Part shown: positions 34,450 to 43,420 of the stretch, piece by piece
Layout of the letters: every line of letters begins with the position of its first letter
How positions within the stretch are numbered: the first letter of the stretch is position 1
Origin: an uncultured Victivallis sp.
GTDB lineage: Bacteria; Verrucomicrobiota; Lentisphaeria; Victivallales; GWF2-50-93
NCBI GenBank assembly: GCA_964600895.1
Contig: CAZRKP010000019.1
Location: 10,730 to 74,729, forward strand
Direction of reading: 5' to 3'
DNA length: 64,000 nucleotides
Position numbers and translations under genes: made by a program
Notes under the pieces: model-generated
Seen by the model: the letters and a program-made list of their open reading frames with translations, nothing else
What the model was told of the DNA's origin: nothing
Database searches by the model: none

Positions 34450-36285
34450 TCAAATCTTCAGAAATGTACCGAGAGTGAGGATTGTCTGGACAAGATCTCC
34501 GCTGATCCCGGGAATATTTTCACCTTCGAGCCAACGGGGAAATTCATCTCTGATCTTCTGTATATCCAAAAAATCGATATCCTCAAGAGTTTCGGATGTG
34601 CATAGATCAATAACTGCATTTTTAAGCGTAGGCTGGCTACGTAGGGCATACTCACGATCGGGCCAGGTTCTTTCCATCCAGGATGGATTATCTTTTTCAG
34701 GGAAAAACTTTCGCTTGAATGCTCCAGCAAGCTGATAAGCAGTTTGCGTAAAGGCTGATGCTGTTACAGGGAGATTCGTGTTGGCACTCCATATTTCAGC
34801 AATACGTGGGTCAAGAATCTGTAAGCATCTCTTTTCAATCTTCCCGGTAAAACGGTGCTCAACAGGGAGAGACAGATAAAGATCGAATATATCATTGTCG
34901 AATGAAACTACTCTCTGTTCTGTTAGAGTGGCTATGGTGGCATGGTTCGGATAGCTGTAATGACGTGAAAGATGATGGAAGGTCAGATATTCCCAGAGAT
35001 CGTTAGATGAATCAGTTAGGTTCCTGCCATCGGAGAGGATCTCAGATATGCTTTCCTTCTGGAAATACCTGAGGTTCTGCTGTTTTTCCAGCTTGACAAA
35101 CTTCCATATGTCCGCCTGCTTTATCCTGTAGGAGACATTTGAAATGAAGAAAGAGACAAGATCATCAGGCAGTTCCAGGAGAGTCTTGTAATAAAGCGTC
35201 CTTCCTCCGATCACGACGGGTTTGCCTGGAATATACATTCCCTGGAACATGTAGTCGAATCCATGCCCGTGGAAACAGACATCAGCATTTTGAGTTACGA
35301 CATCGCTATATCCCAGGAACAATCCATGATCATAATTATACATCCCCCCTATTATTTTCACCGCAGGCTCGAAAATCTGTGAATAGTGTTCTGGATGCAG
35401 CTTCAAGTAGATATGCTTTGCACCTTTCGTGTGCGCAATCTCCCTTGCAGTACGGAGTTCGCGGTTTTCTGATATGGTAGCGGTGAAACATGTAGGGAAA
35501 TTATTTTCAAATGCTGCTAACACGGATCTCGAATCCATTCCACCGCTAAGGAAATGGCCATATCTCCTGCCGTCACTGGTCTTGTTCCTTATGGATCTTT
35601 CAACCAGTTCCGCAAGGCGGTGTGAGTTTTCTTCGAGGGAGGAGTTTGTCTTCTGGTAGTCCCTCTGCCAGTAGCGTTCTATTGAAAGTTTTCCTTCTTT
35701 AAATTTCAGGATAGAAGCATCTGGAAGAAAGAGTATATCATGAAGGAATGTCTTTGTTCCAAGAAGCCTCTGAAAAAAAAGGAATTCACAAATAGCTTCT
35801 TGGTTTATCTTGAGTCCAAGTGATTTTCTTATCTGCCAGAGGCATGAAAAATATGGAGTAGCATAGAATTCAGATGAGGATTCATTGCGATAATAATATA
35901 AAGGGATTGAAGTGAACCTGTCATTTATAACTTTCAATTCTCCGGAGATGCGATTATAGATAATAAAAAGGAACTCACCGTTAAGCTCTTTTGCTACTCG
36001 AGCATTAATATCAAGATCGTCAGAGACAATGCGGACAGCCTTTTCACGGTCAATCATGTTTCCAATAATAGGACTTCCAAGCAGGATTATACATTTTTCC
36101 CCGACTTCCTTGATCATAGGAGGAGGATTAACATTGGAAAAGTAGATGGAAAGTTTATGATCTGCCGATTCAGCGGAAAATATTATTTCATGATCTTTTT
36201 CAGGAGCACTGAGTTTACTTTTTCCACGTAGCGTCAAAAGAAAATATGGTATAAAGAATACAGGTTTGAATTCTGCTAGGTTCAT
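34450..36285 (-). CDS. Asparagine synthase-like ATP-dependent amidoligase lacking the N-terminal Cys nucleophile, paralogue 3
   Basis: 611 aa. It begins MNLAEFKPVFF, so there is no Cys-2. The PP-loop FLSGGMDSR is retained and the synthetase domain is colinear with the neighbouring AsnB paralogues. Confidence 0.8.
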   Translation of the reverse strand: MNLAEFKPVFFIPYFLLTLRGKSKLSAPEKDHEIIFSAESADHKLSIYFSNVNPPPMIKEVGEKCIILLGSPIIGNMIDREKAVRIVSDDLDINARVAKELNGEFLFIIYNRISGELKVINDRFTSIPLYYYRNESSSEFYATPYFSCLWQIRKSLGLKINQEAICEFLFFQRLLGTKTFLHDILFLPDASILKFKEGKLSIERYWQRDYQKTNSSLEENSHRLAELVERSIRNKTSDGRRYGHFLSGGMDSRSVLAAFENNFPTCFTATISENRELRTAREIAHTKGAKHIYLKLHPEHYSQIFEPAVKIIGGMYNYDHGLFLGYSDVVTQNADVCFHGHGFDYMFQGMYIPGKPVVIGGRTLYYKTLLELPDDLVSFFISNVSYRIKQADIWKFVKLEKQQNLRYFQKESISEILSDGRNLTDSSNDLWEYLTFHHLSRHYSYPNHATIATLTEQRVVSFDNDIFDLYLSLPVEHRFTGKIEKRCLQILDPRIAEIWSANTNLPVTASAFTQTAYQLAGAFKRKFFPEKDNPSWMERTWPDREYALRSQPTLKNAVIDLCTSETLEDIDFLDIQKIRDEFPRWLEGENIPGISGDLVQTILTLGTFLKI

Positions 36286-36290
36286 GGGGT

Positions 36291-38144
36291 TTAAATTGAT
36301 ATTCTAAAAGTCTTTATCCATCTGTTAGTTGTAATCAAGTTCCACCATGTCGGATCAAAAGGACGTTTGCCATCAAGGAATTCGGTGACCCCCTGAATTA
36401 CGACATCTTTGTTTACAAATGGCAAACTCACAGCATCATTGATGCTGTCCATAAAAAATTGATTTATTTCTTTACCAAGCCATGATGGTATGGGGCTGGA
36501 ATAACCTTGTTTGTCATTCCTGTTTACTATCATATCAGGAACTATTCCATTCACTGCTGACCTCATGACACGTTTTGTTGTCCCATTATGGATTTTGAAT
36601 AAGTCAGGTAGGCCTACACAGAACTCAACGAGTCTGTAGTCGAGGAAAGGAACCCTTGTTTCCCTTGAATGTGCCATTGAATTTCTATCGACATTGTGCA
36701 GAATATACCTGAGTATTTTAAGCCTTGCCTTGTGCATCTCCTTGACGGAGGGCTGTTCCCTTCGTATCGGGATTTCAGGGATTTTTGTTGTTCCAAGCAT
36801 GTCTTCCGAGTTAATTGCTTGATTTGCAGGATATTTTACCATAGACGGGAAGGTCAGTCTTCCAAGTTTTCTCATTATTATCTTTGAGCTATATCCATGT
36901 TTCATCTTGATTTGAACAAGCTGTAACAGGGACTGGGGGATCTTTTTATTAATTAACAGGTTAAATATCATGCTCCAAAAGAAATCTCTGTACCCGCATA
37001 GGATTTCATCACCTCCTTGCCCCTCAATAATCACTTTCCTAAAATCATTATCCATTTGAATATGCTTATATAGCAGCCAGTGTGGTACAGGAGAACCATG
37101 TCGTACCGGCAAGTCGTTATGCCAGATTACAAGGTCAAGATAATCAGCAACCTCCTCTGGCTTCGGGAAGTGTAGCGATGACATTGCTCCTGTATAAGCA
37201 AGTACCTCCTTTATATATTTTCTCTCGTCAACTGGGCTGTTTTCATAGCAAGATGAAAAAGTCTTCAGAGAAGCATCACTATCCCTTGGAATTTTGGTGC
37301 ACAGACTTACAAGAGATGAGGAATCAAGTCCACCAGAAAGAAGGAAGCCAACCGGCACATCAGCTCGAAGCCTTAATTTGATGGAGTCCAACAGGAGCTC
37401 CTGAAATCTCTCGACGGCATTTTCATATTTCATGTTTGAGCTGCGTCTTAAATTAAGCTCATACCATTTTTCAATTCTAAACGGATACCCAGGTCTCCAG
37501 TTCGATAAATCTATTTCTGCCAGCGAGCCAGGTTCAAGTTCCTGAACACCCTTCCAAAGAGTCTCATCATCGTAGTCGAAGTCACCGCTGTTAAGAAAAT
37601 GGTAAAGCTTCAGCATGTTTACCTCAGCCCTGAATCCAGGAACGCAGCAGAACTGTTTTATTTCGGATGCGGCACAGAAGATGCCAGATTTATTCCAAAA
37701 GTAAAGGGGTTTTATCCCGAAGCGGTCCCTGGCGAAGAAAAGCCGTTTGTTTTTCTTATCATAAATGCAGAATGCAAACATTCCATTAAATCTTTTTAGA
37801 CATTCGCGCCCCCATTTCTGGTATGCTGCAAGAATCACTTCCGTGTCCGAATTCGTATGGAATAGACAGCCTGCAGACATCAATTCTCTCCTAAGTTCCA
37901 GATAATTGTATATCTCGCCGTTATATACTATCCAGTAAGCCCCGCTATCGAATGACATCGGCTGATTGGAGCGTGGATCAAGATCAATAATAGCAAGACG
38001 GCGGTGACCTAGAGACATGGGGCCAAGGTTGGTCTCGAAGTTCACAACACCAAAGGCATCGGGTCCACGGTGTCGGATAATTTCCAGGGCATAGTGGCCT
38101 GCAGTTATTATCTCACCGCCAAGATGTACGAGTATTCCACACAT
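36291..38144 (-). CDS. Asparagine synthase family amidotransferase, paralogue 4
   Basis: 617 aa. MCGILVHL (Cys-2), PP-loop LLSGGLDSS. Confidence 0.9.
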   Translation of the reverse strand: MCGILVHLGGEIITAGHYALEIIRHRGPDAFGVVNFETNLGPMSLGHRRLAIIDLDPRSNQPMSFDSGAYWIVYNGEIYNYLELRRELMSAGCLFHTNSDTEVILAAYQKWGRECLKRFNGMFAFCIYDKKNKRLFFARDRFGIKPLYFWNKSGIFCAASEIKQFCCVPGFRAEVNMLKLYHFLNSGDFDYDDETLWKGVQELEPGSLAEIDLSNWRPGYPFRIEKWYELNLRRSSNMKYENAVERFQELLLDSIKLRLRADVPVGFLLSGGLDSSSLVSLCTKIPRDSDASLKTFSSCYENSPVDERKYIKEVLAYTGAMSSLHFPKPEEVADYLDLVIWHNDLPVRHGSPVPHWLLYKHIQMDNDFRKVIIEGQGGDEILCGYRDFFWSMIFNLLINKKIPQSLLQLVQIKMKHGYSSKIIMRKLGRLTFPSMVKYPANQAINSEDMLGTTKIPEIPIRREQPSVKEMHKARLKILRYILHNVDRNSMAHSRETRVPFLDYRLVEFCVGLPDLFKIHNGTTKRVMRSAVNGIVPDMIVNRNDKQGYSSPIPSWLGKEINQFFMDSINDAVSLPFVNKDVVIQGVTEFLDGKRPFDPTWWNLITTNRWIKTFRISI

Positions 38145-38147
38145 TTG

Positions 38148-40019
38148 TTAATTATTTTTAAAAAACTTCTTCCATCCTTCTTCGAAAAATATCCTGTACC
38201 ACAATTCGAGATTGAAATATGTCCAGAGGAAAGAACAGTTTCGCTCTCGGTTAACCCCTGATTTTCGCAATACATATATCTCGTCAAAATGAGTATGGTT
38301 GATAAAATCTCTGCCTCTAAATTCCTTGGATTCAATGATGTCTGAGTAGAGATGGCTGAATTCCGTGTCCTTGTTTATCCAAAATTCAAGTGGGGTTCCA
38401 AAACCGATCTTCTTTCTATAAATCTGGTCAAGGTCAATATATTTTTCAGCTATTTTCTTGAGGATTGCCTTTCTTTCTCCACCGTTGACTCGTAGTTTGT
38501 AGGGGATTGAATTTGCAAGAGAGAACATTGGCACTGTACAAAAAGGAACCCTGATTTCTATTGAAGATGCCATGCCCATTTTGTCTGCCCGGCAGAGCCA
38601 CTGGGCAATATCACAGATCTGGTCTTGCATTAGTATTTCATCAACAAGATTTCCTTTTGCATAAGATTCTATCTGATGGCGAAATTCCATACCGGAGTCA
38701 TCTCCCCTTATAAGGGAATCGACATCGTTAAGATCAGCATAGGAGGGACTATACATCGCAGGATTATAACGTGTGACGTTAAGAAATGATTTCCCTTTTT
38801 TGAATTGCCAATATTTTGACAGTAGATTTCTTAATGTTGGATGTTGATAGAAGAACCTTCTATACATAAGACGTTTTACCGTTGCGGGGGTGGATCTAAC
38901 ATATCCAAGGAATGTTTCATCAGCACCTTCTCCGGCAAGCATTACGGTTATATGATGTTTTGCTTGCTCTGTCAGGTAATATGTTCCTACCACGCTCGGA
39001 TCGCATAGGGGATGTTCAAAGTGCCAGATAGCCTTTGGTGTATACTGACAGAAGCTTTTCTCATCAAGCGGGTAGTCATGATGTTCGGTATTATAACGAG
39101 AAGAAACCCTTTTCTGATATTCTGATTCGTCATATTCGTTTTCAGAGAACGAAATCGAAAATGAATGAAGTTTTTTTCCTGTGAGCTGGGACGAGATAGC
39201 AGTTATCAGACTGGAATCAACACCTCCACTTAACTGAACCCCGACCTCAACATCACTCCTGAGATGGAGCGCAATGCTTTCACGAAGACGCTGTTCTGTT
39301 TCAATACATGATTCCTCAAAGGAACGGGAGAATTCAGGCTTGAAAGTGTTTGATAGATGAAAATATTCCTTCTCGACTATTTTCCTGTCCTTATATTCCA
39401 AATAATGTCCTGGAAGAAGGCTTTTTACATTCTTAAACAATGTCCGTCGTCCAACGATGTATCTAAATATAAGGAATTCATCTAGAGACTGAAAGTCAGG
39501 TTCTAATCTCTTGTAAGGAAGCAGGGACTTAATTTCACTGCAGAAAAAGAAGAAGTCATCATCCTCATACATGTATAGGGGCTTGATTCCAATAGGATCT
39601 CTAGCAATGAAGACTTTTCTTTCATGCAGATCTGCTATCATAAACGCAAACATTCCTATGAATCGATTAAGGCATGCCTCCCGCCATTGGTGATATGCTT
39701 TGACGATAACCTCTGTATCGCTGTCTGACACAAAATCATATCCAAATCCTCGTAGCTCATCGCGGATCTCCTTGTAATTGTATACTTCACCATTATATAT
39801 GATTGCATATCTGCCATCGCATGCAAGCATCGGCTGGTGTCCGTTTACGCTTAAATCGATTATGCTTAGTCTGCGGAAACCCATATGGAGCCAGTCAGAG
39901 TTAGTATAAAATCCATCATCATCAGGACCGCGATGCGTGATTATGGACGTCATTTCCCTGAGAACATTTTCCTGAAGTAACTTTCCGTTCTTAGATATTG
40001 CTCCGACAAAACCACACAT
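38148..40019 (-). CDS. Asparagine synthase family amidotransferase, paralogue 5
   Basis: 623 aa. MCGFVGAI (Cys-2), PP-loop QLSGGVDSS. Confidence 0.9.
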   Translation of the reverse strand: MCGFVGAISKNGKLLQENVLREMTSIITHRGPDDDGFYTNSDWLHMGFRRLSIIDLSVNGHQPMLACDGRYAIIYNGEVYNYKEIRDELRGFGYDFVSDSDTEVIVKAYHQWREACLNRFIGMFAFMIADLHERKVFIARDPIGIKPLYMYEDDDFFFFCSEIKSLLPYKRLEPDFQSLDEFLIFRYIVGRRTLFKNVKSLLPGHYLEYKDRKIVEKEYFHLSNTFKPEFSRSFEESCIETEQRLRESIALHLRSDVEVGVQLSGGVDSSLITAISSQLTGKKLHSFSISFSENEYDESEYQKRVSSRYNTEHHDYPLDEKSFCQYTPKAIWHFEHPLCDPSVVGTYYLTEQAKHHITVMLAGEGADETFLGYVRSTPATVKRLMYRRFFYQHPTLRNLLSKYWQFKKGKSFLNVTRYNPAMYSPSYADLNDVDSLIRGDDSGMEFRHQIESYAKGNLVDEILMQDQICDIAQWLCRADKMGMASSIEIRVPFCTVPMFSLANSIPYKLRVNGGERKAILKKIAEKYIDLDQIYRKKIGFGTPLEFWINKDTEFSHLYSDIIESKEFRGRDFINHTHFDEIYVLRKSGVNRERNCSFLWTYFNLELWYRIFFEEGWKKFFKNN

Positions 40020-40063
40020 GATTCAGTATATATCTCCCTTGTATTCCAAATTCATTATTGTCA

Positions 40064-41578
40064 TTATTTTATGCCTACCTTCTTTAATACGATATTCATG
40101 ATATTCCCTTCGCTGACCGCCGCAAATACGTTGTAAGCGAATGTCGCAGTCCTGAGGACAAATGCGTTCTCGAGTCTGCCAATGAGTTTTATAAGAGAAA
40201 TAGGGATGTGGAGCTTCCATCCTCCAAGGTTGACAGTATGTGAGAAAAGAACCATCATGTCAATCCAGAATGTTATTCTGGGAGATCTGGCATGTTTCTT
40301 TGTCACTTTCCATTGCAATACCCCCTTGTTGGAGAGACCTACGATGTCATCTTCAGTGATCAATCCATCGGCTAGCAGTCTATATGTTAGCTTTGACTTC
40401 GGCAGATGGCAAAGGGAATAAAAATTGAAATAACATGGTCTTGGGAGTTTTGTTATGAAATCCAAGAAAAAATTTCTTATATCCTCGGGTTTTTCATAGG
40501 GATTATCCAGGATGAAATCATAGCTCAGTTGTATCCCATGGTGATCGAAAATCTTGATTTTTGCAAGGAGATCTGAATCCTTTTGATATCGCATGTAGAC
40601 CTTGGTTCTGACTTCCTCTGAGAACGCTTCGATACCTACTGCAACACGTTTAAGTCCCGCATTAGCCATCATTGTGACCATTTCCTCAGAGGCAGTCGTG
40701 ATATATGTGTCGCATGACAGGGGAAGTGCTATCTCCTTCGAATACCTTTCTGCGAATTCCCTCACAAAATCTGGATCTGAAAGGAAGACTTCATCGTAGC
40801 TTCCCATCGATTGCAGGTCAGGAAAGGTGGACTTCGCCATCTTAAGTTCGAGGATGACATTCTCCACAGATCTTCTCCTAAGGAACTTTCCCTTTGTGCC
40901 GTATGCGGCACGGATAGAGTCATTGCCACAGTATGTACAGCAGTAGGGGCAACCTCTATATGCTTTGAAATCGTATTTTTTTGAATTTCTTATGTAAGAG
41001 ATGTATGGATCCTCATTCATAATCTTGTCGTCCTCGATGAAATACTTTCCCGTAGAGGTCAGGTCCTGGAAAGGGAGTTTATCCAAATCAGTGCAGACAT
41101 ATGTCATCGGATTCTTAATGACTTCAGAGCCATTTCTGAAGTAGCAGTTGGGTATGTCAGATCTGAGTTTGCCGGTTTTAAGTTGATTCAGTAACATCTT
41201 AAGTGGAACTTCTCCATCTCCAATACAGCATATATCAGCGAGTTCCAGACAGTCTTCTGGACATATGGTTGCGTGTACGCCACCTGTTATTATAGGAATA
41301 TTCGTTTTGGCTTTGATTCCATTGATGATGGATGCAACAACATCCCTGAATACTGACATGAAACTGATTCCAATGAGAAGAGGAGATTTTGCAATAATGA
41401 AATCGACCAGTAATTGCATTTCAATGGAAGAAGGAGAAGAGTTTTCTTGCGTTCTGCGCTTAAAATATACAAGAGCGACACTGAATCCATTGTATGTCAG
41501 ATAGCTGTCTAGTAACCTTGGGCCAAAAGCCGCCTTTTCTTGGAAAGGTACTATAAGAACTATATCTGTCTTTGTCAT
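40064..41578 (-). CDS. B12-binding-domain radical SAM enzyme (class B type)
   Basis: N-terminal Rossmann-like B12-binding-type segment (IVLIVPFQEK...GISFMS...ITGGVHAT), then the CxxxCxxC cluster GCPYCCTYCG. Start set at ATG 41578 (MTKTDIV). The track uses an upstream TTG at 41596. Confidence 0.85.
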   Translation of the reverse strand: MTKTDIVLIVPFQEKAAFGPRLLDSYLTYNGFSVALVYFKRRTQENSSPSSIEMQLLVDFIIAKSPLLIGISFMSVFRDVVASIINGIKAKTNIPIITGGVHATICPEDCLELADICCIGDGEVPLKMLLNQLKTGKLRSDIPNCYFRNGSEVIKNPMTYVCTDLDKLPFQDLTSTGKYFIEDDKIMNEDPYISYIRNSKKYDFKAYRGCPYCCTYCGNDSIRAAYGTKGKFLRRRSVENVILELKMAKSTFPDLQSMGSYDEVFLSDPDFVREFAERYSKEIALPLSCDTYITTASEEMVTMMANAGLKRVAVGIEAFSEEVRTKVYMRYQKDSDLLAKIKIFDHHGIQLSYDFILDNPYEKPEDIRNFFLDFITKLPRPCYFNFYSLCHLPKSKLTYRLLADGLITEDDIVGLSNKGVLQWKVTKKHARSPRITFWIDMMVLFSHTVNLGGWKLHIPISLIKLIGRLENAFVLRTATFAYNVFAAVSEGNIMNIVLKKVGIK

Positions 41579-41638
41579 GACGGTTATTAAAAACAAATCC
41601 TCAATTTATTAGTCTCTCTATTCTTTCAAAAAAAGGGA

Positions 41639-43411
41639 TTAATTTAAAGATTGGCTGTCAACCATTTTGCGGAATCTGCCATTTTTATTATATAGTTCAT
41701 CATAGGAGCCTTCTTCAATCAGACATCCTTTTTCAAGGACGAATATTCTATCTGCATTTCTTATGGTAGAAAGACGATGTGCGATAATTATAATGGTCCG
41801 TTCACCATGAGATTTATCAATGCTTTCTTGAATCTTTCTTTCAGTTTCTGTATCAAGGGCGCTTGTTGCTTCATCAAATATCAAAATAGGAGTGTTCCTT
41901 ATCAGTTCTCTGGAGATTGTAATTCTCTGTCTCTGTCCACCGGATATATTTAAACCATCATCACCAAGAACAGTTTCATATTTTTCTGGTAAATCATTTA
42001 TGAATTCATCGGCAGCGGCTCTTTGTATACTGGAATGAATCCTATCCGTTATGGAATTGTCCCAAAGGGTGATATTGTTGGAGACGGTATCATTGAATAT
42101 TACTGGTTCCTGTGTTACATAGCCTATGGAAAAACGTAAAACTGAAATGTCGATCTTATCATAATTTTTACCTGACAGAAGAATTTTGCCATTACACGGA
42201 TGAAGGAGTCCACATATGAGATTAACAACTGTCGACTTTCCTGCACCGGAACCACCTATGAATGCAACAGTACTGTTTGATTTGATATTGAATGAAAGAT
42301 TCTTGATTACAGGTTCATTCTTTCCAGAATATTTGAAAGAAACATTTTCAAATACCAGATTACCAGAAAAATCGGGATTATCCTTGCCTGACATAGAAAT
42401 TGTCTCGTCGTGCTCAGAAAGTTCTTTTTGGAGCTTCTCGTAAATCATTATGGTGCCTGTCATAGACACGAACTTCTGATATGCGCCATAAATTGAAATA
42501 ATTTTTTGATATGCCATGTAGAGAAATGCCATAAGGACTAGTACTTCCTGAATATTATATTTAAATATGGCAACCATGAAGAATATCACAATTGATATTT
42601 CAACAATAATAAGAGGTTTGAATCCATCTGAACTTATACTGGCCCAGAAGGCTTGCATTCTTATTACCATGGTTAGATGAGTGCATTGATTTTTCAGTCT
42701 TATCAAAATACGTGGATAATTTGCTGTAGCCTTCAAATATTTAATGTTTCCAAGTATCTGGTAGATAAGGCCATATAACTTCCCGTATTCCGACGTGTTT
42801 TTTAAGGAATAATGCTTCGTTTTCTTGTTGATAATCCTGAATACATACAATAGAGGAAAGGATATGGCAAGCATTAAAATTGGCAGCAAAGGATTTAGAA
42901 CAAGGGGATATATGAGATAAGTCAATGCAAGTATGAAACTAGCAATAATTGAAGTGTAAAATTTAAATGAGGAACTCAACCGAGCCATCTCATTAACAAC
43001 TGCATTGTTTAAGAATCCAAGATTGTGTGATATTATATATTCATATTTAGCTCTAAAAATTTTAAAAATGATTTCCTGCTGGAGTGATACATATATACTA
43101 GCTTCAAGCTTTGCGCTATACCAAGCCGAAAATATTAAAAGCATACTTCCTGTCAGAAAGGATAAACAGCATACAGACAAAAGGGAAAAAAGTTCCCACT
43201 CCGGATTGGGAAGGTTCATCATTGAAATTATTCCGTATATTCCTTTTGTGATAGGATTAGTATGGTTTCTGGAGCTAAAATCCATTACTGCAAGAAAAGT
43301 TCCACCTGAGATCAGCTCGAAAAAAGCTCCTGCGACAACCATAAACACAAAAAAGTATATTCGCTTATTTGTCAGACGGCTGTAGAACTTAAAGTATTTG
43401 AATAAATCCAT
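41639..43411 (-). CDS. Fused TMD-NBD ABC exporter (MsbA/PglK/Wzk-like)
   Basis: 590 aa. About 300-aa six-helix TMD, then Walker A GGSGAGKST, signature ISGGQRQR and Walker B ILIFDEATSALD. Confidence 0.9.
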   Translation of the reverse strand: MDLFKYFKFYSRLTNKRIYFFVFMVVAGAFFELISGGTFLAVMDFSSRNHTNPITKGIYGIISMMNLPNPEWELFSLLSVCCLSFLTGSMLLIFSAWYSAKLEASIYVSLQQEIIFKIFRAKYEYIISHNLGFLNNAVVNEMARLSSSFKFYTSIIASFILALTYLIYPLVLNPLLPILMLAISFPLLYVFRIINKKTKHYSLKNTSEYGKLYGLIYQILGNIKYLKATANYPRILIRLKNQCTHLTMVIRMQAFWASISSDGFKPLIIVEISIVIFFMVAIFKYNIQEVLVLMAFLYMAYQKIISIYGAYQKFVSMTGTIMIYEKLQKELSEHDETISMSGKDNPDFSGNLVFENVSFKYSGKNEPVIKNLSFNIKSNSTVAFIGGSGAGKSTVVNLICGLLHPCNGKILLSGKNYDKIDISVLRFSIGYVTQEPVIFNDTVSNNITLWDNSITDRIHSSIQRAAADEFINDLPEKYETVLGDDGLNISGGQRQRITISRELIRNTPILIFDEATSALDTETERKIQESIDKSHGERTIIIIAHRLSTIRNADRIFVLEKGCLIEEGSYDELYNKNGRFRKMVDSQSLN

Positions 43412-43420
43412 TCGTTCTGC

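Noticed and set aside
38108-40220. Small ORFs at gene junctions (38108..38335(-), 40023..40220(-)) as possible precursor peptides or toxins
   Set aside because: Both overlap the ends of confident large genes in other frames. They have no RBS-like sequence that I can see, and their composition is unremarkable.
34450-43411. AsnB-like protein without Cys-2, a B12-radical SAM enzyme and an McjD-like ABC exporter could be read as a lasso-peptide/RiPP cluster
   Set aside because: There is no transglutaminase-like leader peptidase (B protein), no PqqD-like RRE and no plausible precursor ORF. The flanking gaps are only 42-51 nt. The genes are embedded among glycosyltransferases and canonical glutamine-dependent AsnB paralogues. 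A glycan-tailoring role is more parsimonious.
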